A stretch of 63,209 bases of DNA, the filler included, from Welwitschia mirabilis (taxonomy: Eukaryota): NCBI GenBank assembly GCA_051453625.1. It is 6 parts of one record of this genome, joined end to end, with 100 filler letters (N's around TTAATTAATTAA, not from the genome) between each part and the next. Parts side by side here need not be neighbours in the genome. Positions count along the whole stretch, not along the records: positions 51,238 to 60,839 come from JBOZIK010000001.1; positions 60,940 to 63,209 come from JBOZIK010000001.1; 4 more parts are not named here. One strand, given 5' to 3'. This document shows positions 51,238 to 61,444 of the stretch, one piece after another; the first letter of the stretch is position 1, and each line of letters opens with the position of its first letter. The notes beneath the pieces were generated by a model. The model was given only the letters and a program-made list of their open reading frames with translations. It ran no database searches and was not told the origin of the DNA. The translations under genes were made by a program, and so were the position numbers.

Positions 51238-52230
51238 CTGCATGCGAAATTTCTGTGTGCTTTCTTTGTGCTTGCCACCCAACGACCGGTTCCACCAGCA
51301 TGCTTTCTGTCGGCTCCATTGTTTGCGATTTTCTGCTTCGTTCAGTTTCCTGCGATACCCTGTTTCCTGTCTGTAATGCCCTGCCACCTCTGTGCATAAT
51401 TCTGTGATCAAAAAGCAAAAAAAGCAAGGGGCAATTCACACAATTAGGAACGACCAAAAGGGAGGGACGCAGCAGAGCTCTGCGTCCTAAGAGGAAAAGA
51501 ACGCAGCATCGAGACTAGGACAAAGACCCTACGATAGGAACTCTGCAAGGTAGAGGGAGGAAGCAGAAAGGCAGTAACATAGCGGAAGGAGGCAGCGATG
51601 GAAAAGACAAGCGGCACTCAAAAGGAGGAGCGCTGCAGAGGAGAAGGGAGCGTAAAAAATAGAGACGCAATAGATGAAGATCTGCGGAAAGAAAGGGAGA
51701 AGGAACGCTATGACGCAGCAAAGAGGCCGCTCAGTAAAAGGCCTGACAACTGAAAGTAAGGTAAAGCCTGCAAACCAGAGAGAGCCCCCAGAGAAGCTGG
51801 CAAAAGAGAAACTATAGAAAGCTGTGTAAAGCGGAGGACAAACTCGGGACGTATCGCAGGGAGAATACAAAGGACATTCGGAAGCCAAAGAAAGCTTGGT
51901 CGTGCATTGAAGGAGAGTGACATTTAGCAGGGTTGTGCATTGTTCAAACTAGAATCTGGAAACTTGTCTGTCGTTCATTTCCTGCGAGTGATTTCTCATC
52001 TTTAGTCCGATGTATTGTCTTCAGGTTCTTTTTTTTTTTCTTTTCAATCTCTGCATGTTTTAATCATCAGATTTATATTCTCTTCTGTTTTGTTACATTA
52101 CCATCCTCTCTGCATAGACTGTATACGTTTGTAGATAAATTGGAATTAATCACAAACCTCACATCTGGTTTCTTCCTCATCGTTTTTAAATTGACGCGTG
52201 CTACTATTCGTAATTTGGTTCCACCTTAAA
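51238..52230. other. GC-richer, CpG-retaining island; probable host gene 5' region or lncRNA locus
   Basis: Many intact CpGs and no TE motifs. On the + strand it runs CT-rich, then strongly purine-rich, then T-rich. Confidence 0.55.
51598..51753 (+). CDS. candidate small ORF, 51 aa, highly charged (MEKTSGTQKEERCRGEGSVKNRDAIDEDLRKEREKERYDAAKRPLSKRPDN)
   Basis: ATG in a GCGATGG context to TGA, inside the CpG island. No recognisable homology; may be a by-product of purine-rich composition. Confidence 0.2.
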   Translation: MEKTSGTQKEERCRGEGSVKNRDAIDEDLRKEREKERYDAAKRPLSKRPDN

Positions 52231-52515
52231 TAAGTTTATCGTCTACCATTTTCTTTTTTGTCATTTTTTTCCTTTTTAACCTTAAAAAATATACAACAAT
52301 TACTTTTAAAAGGCTTTTAGCTTAAAAATGTCATTTAAAAAAGAGAAAGAAATCCTCATCTCATGGCAGCTCATAATAGATTTATCAGCAAGGGGAGAAG
52401 GCACTAGGTTATAACATCATACCAATCAAATCAAAAATAAATAAATAAATAACAATGATGATAATACAATAAAATAATATTTCAAAACCAAGTAGCACAC
52501 AATTGGCGTTAAAAG

Positions 52516-52670
52516 AAGGGTGTCTAACTCAATCAAATCAAACTACCAAAAACCACATCAAATTGAACTTAATCATCCAACATCAACTGACATTACAATA
52601 GATCCTTTGTGTGCCACAAATTTCGTAAAGATAAATAAACTAAACCAAACCAAACCAAATCAAATTAGTA
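52516..52670 (+). mobile_element. possible end of a non-autonomous hAT-like element with decayed AACCG subterminal repeats
   Basis: AAGGGTGTC followed by AATCAAATCAAACT...AAACTAAACCAAACCAAACCAAATCAAATT, as expected from CpG decay of AACCGAACCG arrays. No partner terminus found. Confidence 0.3.
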
Positions 52671-52921
52671 ATACGTCAAAGATAACTCACCAATTAATAG
52701 GCAACATTAGAACTAATCTTTAGTTTGTGCAAGATTTCATAAAGAATGAGTTTCTAGTTAAATAGGAGTATTCCTAGGTAAGAGTCCATCTTATCGTCCT
52801 TCCATTACACACTTCTCCAAGCATTACAATAGTAAATCATGTCCTTATCTCAACTAATTTCCATCCCCAACTCCCTATCAAGTCTCTATAACCCTTACTT
52901 TAAGACTTGGACTTGCCTCAT

Positions 52922-53612
52922 TGTTGTGGTGCATATTTTTGCAATCCTTTTCATCTCACCAAATCTTGCAAATCAATATATATATATATATATATATATA
53001 TAGAAAAATACACACTCTAGTATGAATGGAGTAACCCAAATGTTGTAACCTACCGAAAACTTACGACAGAAGAATGAGAATTGATTTTCAGAGAGAATAT
53101 AGTAATCAAAACTTAAGAAAAGTGTAGGGAATAAAGATGTAATGTAATGCAAGTGTAACAAAACCTGGATGAACACTTATCCGAGTACTGAATCAACATG
53201 TCAAGAAGATCAGCCCTATATAACCTAAATTAGCTAAGGAGACTATCACTAACCAAAACTAACTTAAGCTATCAGGCGAGAGTCGAATAAATGCAATGCA
53301 GAATGAATCTGAAACTACTTTCTTCAGCCTTAACAAAGGCTTCCCTTAAGACCTATATCGTCAATGAAACTATCACTAAATCAAGGACAACATAAACCAT
53401 AAGGGAAATATAACAGAATTGAATGCATAATTGAAATAGAGTTTCATATTAAAGTAGAACTAGCATTTGGGTTACAAAACAATGAGCCTCAATCAAGGAT
53501 GCACAACCTTCACCAAGAGAACGTCTTTCTGCAACTCATGAGATGGATCTCCAGTCCTTCAATCTCCTGTCACAAGAATGTCTCGTGCAAATGAAGATGG
53601 ATAAGAGAGTCA
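52922..53612 (-). repeat. 3' part of an Athila-like LTR interrupted by the SIRE element; contains (TA)n at 52977-53002
   Basis: TGTTGTGGTGCATATTTTTGCAA is the reverse complement of the family LTR end. Homology to 41830-42353 stops at 53612. Confidence 0.85.
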
Positions 53613-54593
53613 TGTTGGATTATGTTTTGCCAATTGATATTAAACTAATGTTTTCTGTATAGCAAATTTTGTGTATCTTGTGCAGAAGTTGTTAAATTAC
53701 TTGCAAGCCGAAAGATCGAACTAAAATCGTCAACTTCTGAATGCTAGAAACCTGTTAGTTCATCTACCCTTAAGATGGGGTCGACCGGATTTTCAAGGGA
53801 TCGACCGCACTTGAAGCAGATAGAAAATGAACTGCATCTAGAGGGGTCGACCAGATTTTGATGGAGTCGACCAGACAGAGCAGAAATGAAACTTTTCTAA
53901 ACATTATGTATTCATTATGTTGTCATTAGGTAGTCGTTTTCTAGCTGGTTATAGCCATTGGAAGCACACTTCAAATGTAATAAACCCTAAAAGCCTTCCA
54001 TTATAAGTAGCTAAGATATAGATGACCAAAGAATCTTTTTGAAACTATTTTCATTTGAAAAAAATCTATTGGATCTAAAAGATCAAGCATTGTATTTGGG
54101 TGATTTTCATTTTTTTTATCTTGGCATTCATATTTCTGATCAAAGGAGATCTACTATTGGCATTTTCTTTACATTCAAAATTGGATTAAGAGCTTCACTT
54201 ATTTCACTTCTACAAGAGAAGAGCTCCATCATATTTACTAATTCCAAAACAAGTGATATCCATACTTTCAAGGCATCATTACATCACTACCCTACTTTGT
54301 GAAAGATTGAGGCTAAACCTTGAAAAGTCCATTCTAAAGGTTGCAATTAAGCTTGGAAAAGTCCATTTGTAAAGGTTACAGGTGAACCTAGAATACCTAA
54401 TGGAGTAACAAAGATCCGAGATCTAGCTTGGAAATAAGCTAATCATCAAGAGTGAAGTAAGGGGTTTCCCGAACCACTATAAATCTGGTTTACATCAAAT
54501 TTGTATTTTTGTGCTTTGATTTTTTGTTTCTTTATTTTTACTATTTTCTTTTACTATGCACATTCTACATTAGTTCATTTTTCAATCCTATCA
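53613..54593 (+). repeat. 5' LTR of SIRE element
   Basis: TGTTGGA...CCTATCA; colinear with 59548-60839. Confidence 0.92.
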
Positions 54594-54595
54594 TT

Positions 54596-54606
54596 TGGTA
54601 TCAGAG
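54596..54606 (+). promoter_or_regulatory. primer binding site, initiator tRNA-Met
   Basis: TGGTATCAGAG two bases after the LTR terminal CA. Confidence 0.9.
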
Positions 54607-54979
54607 AAAGGTAAAGCCATTTCTTAGATCTTCACTGATCTAGACTTTAGNNNNNNNNNNCCCCATAATGATTGGTCACTTTGATGATTTTTCAAACATG
54701 CCTTTTCTCGATACATGTGCATTTACCTGTTTATGTTGGATAGCATATGGATATATTTTCAAATATATTACAGCTAGTAGAAACTCATAGGAGTCAAGTG
54801 AAAGTGATAAAAGAAATGCTCAAAAACATGATAAAGAAAGGAGATTCTCATTTATGGCCCTTGTGCCTCATTTACAAAATATGCCAAATACAATGAAGCA
54901 TGATGATCGTTATGTGAACAATAAAGAACAAGATGAGTTGGAACACACGTGTCAAGAGTCGTACTAGNNNNNNNNNNCA

Positions 54980-57900
54980 AATCTCAAAAGAATCAAATCC
55001 GAAAACTCCAATCTCACTCTACATGTAAGAGAATTATCTTATTTTGTTAATAAATTTTTAGGTGGATTTACCAAATTGGAATAAATACTTGGAGTTCAAA
55101 AACCTATTGGTAGCAAGTCAGGTATTGGCTTCATCCCTCAAAAACCTCAAAGACAGCAAAGTCAAGAAATCAGTGATGGTAAGTTCCTTTCAAAAATTAC
55201 TTATCATTTCTATAGAAGAATTGGTTATTTAAAACTCATATGCAATGATAGAAAATTAATGTTATTTTCAAACTTAGATAGTACTTTTCCATTTAAGTTT
55301 ATTCCTAAAGGAGGGGCACCATGTAAGTCTAGAAAGACTATGTGGATCAAAGCTAATGATCTTATAAGGTTGTTAATTTATATAGCTTTCAAGGTTACAA
55401 ATAGCACAAGCTGGTATCTTGATAGTGGATGTTCAAGGCATATGATAGGAGACAAATCTAGATTCAAGAAATTAAGCCACTTTAATGGAGGAGAAGTGAC
55501 TTTCAGGGATAATGGAAGAGCAAAGATAGTAGGAATTAGAAGCATTAGTATAGGTAATCTTTCTAGAATTTATGAAATCTTGTATGTAAGTGGTTTAAAG
55601 CATAATTTACTGAGCATTACATATTTATGATAAAGGTCATAAGGTAGTCTTTGATAAATCAAAATGTGAAATTTTGCATAGAAAGTCAAATGACATAATT
55701 CTTCAAGCAAGTAGAATAGATAATGTTTATAGCATAAACCAATCATTTTCTCCATGGTATTTTTCAAATGCTCCTTAAGAAGAGCTATAGCATAAACTTT
55801 TATGTCATGTTAATTATGATCAATTGAAATTAATTATTCATAAAAACATCATGAAAGAAATCCCTAAGATAAATGTAGAAAAATAAGGCTTGTGCAATGT
55901 GTGTTAAAAGGGTAAAAAAAATTAGGACCTCTCATAAAAGTAAAATGCAAGCATCCACATCTATGACATTGGAGCTTATTAATATGGATTTAGTAGGCCC
56001 TAATCAAAATCGAAGTCTAAAGGGAAAATGTTATTTTCTTACTATGGTTGATGATTTCTCTAGATATATGTGGATAGCCTTTTTTTCAAATAAATCTGTA
56101 GCTTATATACATTGGGTTGAAATTTGCAACAAGATTCAAAACCAAAAGGGGTATACCATAAAGAAAATAAGAAGTGATTATGGTGGAGAATTTGAAAACC
56201 ATTTTCTTGAGAAATATTGCATTGAAAATGGAATTGATCATCAGTTTTTGACCCCAAAAACACCACAAAAAATGGTTAGCTGAAAGAAAAAATAGAGTCT
56301 TTCAAGAAATGATACAAACTATGCTAAAGGATAAGGAAGTTTCTAAATCATTATGGGCTAAGGCTATTAGCATAGCATGCTAAATTATTAATAGAATTTA
56401 TCTTAAACCAAATATAAATAAGACACCATAAGAGTTGTGAAAAGGAAGACAATCAAATGTTTCATAATTTAAAGTCTTTGGAAGTAAATGCTATGTGCTA
56501 AAAAATAAAGAACATTTGAAGAAATTCGAGTCAAAGGATGATGAAGCTATCTTTTTGAATTACTCAATGAGAAGTAAAGCCTATCATGTTTTCAATAAAA
56601 GAATCCTAATGGTAGAAGAACAAATAAATGTGCAAATTGATGAGATTGACATAAAAACATACTACCCAGATGAGGAGTAAACCATAACTACAAGTATTCC
56701 CCCAACCAATGAAGATTCTACAAAAGAAATAAAGTTACAATAAAAGAAGTCACACAAAAAAATCCCAAACTTCTTAAAAATCATCCTTTAGAATCCATTA
56801 TTGGAGAAGTTAACTCAAAAGAAAAGACAAGAAGTTCCATGAAAAATTTGTGTGCTCACATTTGTTATGTCTCAAAGATAGAATGAAAGAAATTTGAAGA
56901 AGCAGAAATCCATGAGGAATGAATGATGGCAATGCAAGATAAGATACAATAATTTAAAAGAAATAATGTTTGGAACCTAGTAGCAAGGCCAAAAGATAAT
57001 AATATTATTGGAACTAAATGGATCTTTAAAAACAAATACGATGAAGAGAACAATGTCATTAAAAACAAGGCAAGATTCATAGCTCAAGGCTATAATCAAA
57101 TAGAAGGCATTAACATAGGAAATACTTTTTCTCCTATTACAAGGTTAGATAGCATTAGAATGTTTTTGTCCTTTACAGCTTTTAAAAATTTTAAAGTATA
57201 TCAAATGGATGTAAAAAGTGCTTTCCTGAATAGCACATTAATTGAAGAAGTCTATGTAGAACAACCACAAGGTTTTATTGATTCTCATAAAGTCGATCAT
57301 GTTTATAGACTTAAGAAAGCTTTATATGAATTAAAACAAGTACCAAGAGCTTGGTATGAGAAGCTAGCCACTTTCTTAAAGGAAAATAGATATATTTGAG
57401 GAATTGTAGACAAAACTTTATTTGTGAAGAATCTGAAAAAGTATTTCATTATTATACAGGTCTATGTAGATGATANNNNNNNNNNNNNNNNNNNNNNNNN
57501 NNNNNNNNNNNNNNNNNNNNNNNNNNNNNNNNNNNNNNNNNNNNNNNNNNNNNNNNNNNNNNNNNNNNNNNNNNNNNNNNNNNNNNNNNNNNNNNNNNNN
57601 NNNNNNNNNNNNNNNNNNNNNNNNNNNNNNNNNNNNNNNNNNNNNNNNNNNNNNNNNNNNNNNNNNNNNNNNNNNNNNNNNNNNNNNNNNNNNNNNNNNN
57701 NNNNNNNNNNNNNNNNNNNNNNNNNNNNNNNNNNNNNNNNNNNNNNNNNNNNNNNNNNNNNNNNNNNNNNNNNNNNNNNNNNNNNNNNNNNNNNNNNNNN
57801 NNNNNNNNNNNNNNNNNNNNNNNNNNNNNNNNNNNNNNNNNNNNNNNNNNNNNNNNNNNNNNNNNNNNNNNNNNNNNNNNNNNNNNNNNNNNNNNNNNNN

Positions 57901-58940
57901 NNNNNNNNNNNNNNNNNNNNNNNNNNNNNNNNNNNNNNNNNNNNNNNNNNNNNNNNNNNNNNNNNNNNNNNNNNNNNNNNNNNNNNNNNNNNNNNNNNNN
58001 NNNNNNNNNNNNNNNNNNNNNNNNNNNNNNNNNNNNNNNNNNNNNNNNNNNNNNNNNNNNNNNNNNNNNNNNNNNNNNNNNNNNNNNNNNNNNNNNNNNN
58101 NNNNNNNNNNNNNNNNNNNNNNNNNNNNNNNNNNNNNNNNNNNNNNNNNNNNNNNNNNNNNNNNNNNNNNNNNNNATGCAAAAACAACTGACACTTCTAT
58201 GTTTACATCATGTAAAGTAAGTTTGGATGAAAATGGTAAATCAATAGATCAAAAACTTTCCAGAAGTATGATTAGTAGTTTATTATATTTAACTGCAAGT
58301 AGAGCAGATATCATGTTTAGTATGGGAGTATGTGCAAGATATCAATTCCAATCAAAAGAATCATATCTTCAAGTAGTAAAAAGAATAATCAGGTATATTA
58401 AGGATACATTGGTTTTAACTTATGGTATTCNNNNNNNNNNNNNNNNNNNNNNNNNNNNNNNNNNNNNNNNNNNNNNNNNNNNNNNNNNNNNNNNNNNNNN
58501 NACATAAGTGTAAATTACTTTCTTCTAGGTTCATGTCTAGTAGGATGGACAAGTAAGAAGCAAAACTCTATTTCTCTCTCTACAGTAGAAGCTGAATATA
58601 TTACAGTAGGTAGTTATTGCACTCACCTTTTATGAATGAAAGAAATTTTATAATATTTTGGTGTTAATTTTGAGTAAGTTCCTATTTTCTGTGACAACAC
58701 AAGTGCTATTAATATATCGAAAAATCTAGTTCATCACTCAAGAATGAAGCATATTGAGCTGAGACATCATTTCCTATGAGACCAAGTTGAAAAAGGACAC
58801 CAAGTTGAAAAAGGACACATCTCTATGAATTTTGTAACTGTAGACTAATACTTGGTAGATATTTTTACTAAACCCCTAAATTTCGATACTTTTCTTTGTC
58901 TTAAAAATGAACTAGGATTTCTTTTGTCGTCCTGTGATTG
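54980..58940 (+). pseudogene. SIRE gag C-terminus and pol (PR, INT, RT, RNase H) with stops and frameshifts
   Basis: KSGIGF, decayed knuckle YHFYRRIGYLKLIC, WYLDSGCSRHMIGDKS, LELINMDLVGP, VDDFSRY, IRSDYGGEFEN, IIGTKWIFKNK, YQMDVKSAFLN, VYVDD, SLLYLTASRADIMF, KKQNSISLSTVEAEY, CDNTSAINISKN, DIFTKPL. Confidence 0.95.
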
Positions 58941-59547
58941 ATTGTCAGTCGAGCAATTTTAAACTTGGTCACCTGGCCTCTCAAGGTTCTGCAACTGTCC
59001 CAACAACAGTTCAGTATAATAACCTATCATTTTTTTTCATTTTGTTTAGATTCTTGATAACTGTTTCTTCTTTTCTTTATCATTGATATCAAAAGGAGTA
59101 GAATTAGTTATTTGTTTGTTAAATATTTATGCACAAAATGGTGTTTCATTTGATATCCTAAATCTATTTGTGTTTTTTAAAATCATATATGTTTTTCAAA
59201 ATCATATATGTTAAGTATGTTTTCTTTTAGTATCATATGTACTTAATTTGAAAAGTTTTAAAGTCTTTTAACATTGGAAATAAACTGAAAATTATAACAT
59301 CTAATTCAATGTTAAATAAGTTTACATGATCACATTATGTTTATCATAAAGTTATACCTCTTCAACTCTCAAATTTACATATTAAATTCTTTCATTTAGA
59401 GCACAAAATTTATTTTTTCAAAATGCTTTTACTTGTCTCAAATGGAATATTATTTTAAAAATAGGCATTTTGTAAGGGGAAGCTTTTCTATGAGTTTTAA
59501 TTTATTACAACTAAGTATTATTTGTCATCAATATCAAAGGGGGCGAT

Positions 59548-60839
59548 TGTTGGACTATGTTTTACTAATTGATGTCAAACTAATATTTTCTATATAGCAA
59601 ATTTTATGTATCTTATGCAGAAGTTGTTAAATTACTTGAAGGTTGAAAGATGAAGTTAAAATCATCAACTTTTGAGCACTAGAAACCTATTAGTTCATTT
59701 ACCCTCAATATGGGATTGACCAGATTTCAATGGGTCAACTGAACTTGAAGCAGATAAAAAATGAACTACATCTAAAGGGGTCAACCAGATTTTGATGAGG
59801 TCAACTAGACCTATAACTTTAAGAACTAGTATTCCTGAACCGAATGGTAAGGGGTCGACTGGACCTTTATGGGGTTGACCAGACTTAAGAACTTGATAAA
59901 TAGTATTTCTAGACCTGAGCACTATGCAACTAGTACATCTGAGCTGATCATCATGGGGTTAACCGAACACCTGAAAGGGTTGACCAGACTCAATGCAGGA
60001 AACTGGAAAGAAATTTTATCAGAGAAGTGGGTGACTAGATGAATAGAAGATGACTAGACTAGGGTTGATTGGATCCAGATGGGGTCAACTAGATAGGGAG
60101 CCATAAGAAATTGGGATGACTGAATTCACTTGGGTGACCTGTGTAACTCATGGCACCACATGGGATCAACCGNNNNNNNNNNNNNNNNNNNNNNNNNNNN
60201 NNNNNNNNNNNNNNNNNNNNNNNNNNNNNNNNNNNNNNNNNNNNNNNNNNNNNNNNNNNNNNNNNNNNNNNNNNNNNNNNNNNNNNNNNNNNNNNNNNNN
60301 NNNNNNNNNNNNNNNNNNNNNNNNNNNNNNNNNNNNNNNNNNNNNNATTTGGAAAAATCTACTGGATTTAAAATATTAAGCATTATATTTGGGTGATTTT
60401 CTTTTTTTTATATTGGCATCCATATTTGTGACCAAAGGAGATCTACTATTGGCATCCTCTCTACATTCAAGGTCGGATCAAGGACTTTACTTATTTTACT
60501 TCTACAGAAGGAGAGCTCCATCATATTTACTGTCTCCAGAACAAGTGATATCTGAGCTTTCAAGGAATCATTACATCACTATCCTACTTCATAAAAGTTT
60601 GAGACTAAGCCTTGAGAAGTCTGTTCTAAAGGTTGAGACTAAGCCTAGGAAAGTTTGTTTGAAAAGGTTACAGGTAAACCTAAAATACTTAGTAGAGTAA
60701 TAAAGATCTGAGATCTAGCTTAGGAATAATCTGATTGTTAAGAGTGCAGTAAGAGGTTTCTCAAACCACTATAAATCTAGCTTTCATTAAATTGTTATTT
60801 CTATGCTTTTAGTTTTTGTTTCTTTACTTTCATTATTTT
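59548..60839 (+). repeat. 3' LTR of SIRE element, with expanded GGTCGACC-motif region; end in gap
   Basis: Follows the PPT and matches the 5' LTR with mostly transition differences. Extra repeat block at ~59812-60172. Confidence 0.9.
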
Positions 60840-60939
60840 NNNNNNNNNNNNNNNNNNNNNNNNNNNNNNNNNNNNNNNNNNNNTTAATTAATTAANNNNN
60901 NNNNNNNNNNNNNNNNNNNNNNNNNNNNNNNNNNNNNNN

Positions 60940-61444
60940 CGCAACACTCATAATAATGGAACCATATCTCTCAAAGAACAAAATGGACATGATCCCTTAA
61001 TACCTAAGATAACGTATATATAGCCATGATGTCAAAATGGTCATCATTTTTTAATACCCAAGACAATGTACATATAGAGATAATAACAAAAAGACCATTA
61101 TTTCTTGATAATGATGGAGGTTTTTGGAGGAATTTATGTCCTCCACTAACTCCACTAAACCTTCACTAACACATCACATTAGGCTAAAATAGGCCATCTA
61201 ATCTTTCCATACAATCATCGAGTCCAACCTAAGAATTGAAGGCAATAATAACAAATCTTCATCTTGACTTGAATTCTCCATGTAACTTCAAAAAACTACT
61301 CTACTTCTCTCTAAAAAACCCCTATGGGATCTTATCTCACTAAATTCATAAGACCAACCAAGTTCATGTAGTATGTGAACGTGGTCATAAGTAAATACTT
61401 GATCAACATGTCAGTCAAATTATCAGTAGTACCAATTTTCTTCA
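60940..61444 (-). mobile_element. Tork-like Ty1/copia 3' end (RNase H end, PPT, start of 3' LTR at 61253)
   Basis: The minus strand gives KKIGTTDNLTDMLIKYL..F...NLVGL, then CAAGATGAAGATT-TGTTA (cf. CAAGGTGGAGAT-TGT). Confidence 0.7.

Larger units (their letters stand above)
53613..60839 (+). mobile_element. near full-length decayed Sirevirus (SIRE) Ty1/copia element without env-like ORF
   Basis: 5' LTR TG..CA 53613-54593, PBS TGGTATCAGAG, copia domain order PR-INT-RT-RH, PPT CAAAGGGGGCGAT, and 3' LTR from 59548 into the gap. Confidence 0.93.

Noticed and set aside
51515..51923. Hydrophobic minus-strand ORFs of 68-119 aa
   Set aside because: Non-ATG or weak starts, and the F/L/S/P composition expected from a CT-rich strand; no recognisable domain.
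51890..51925. GCATTGAAGGAGAG, loosely resembling miR159/319
   Set aside because: Too many mismatches and no local precursor hairpin.
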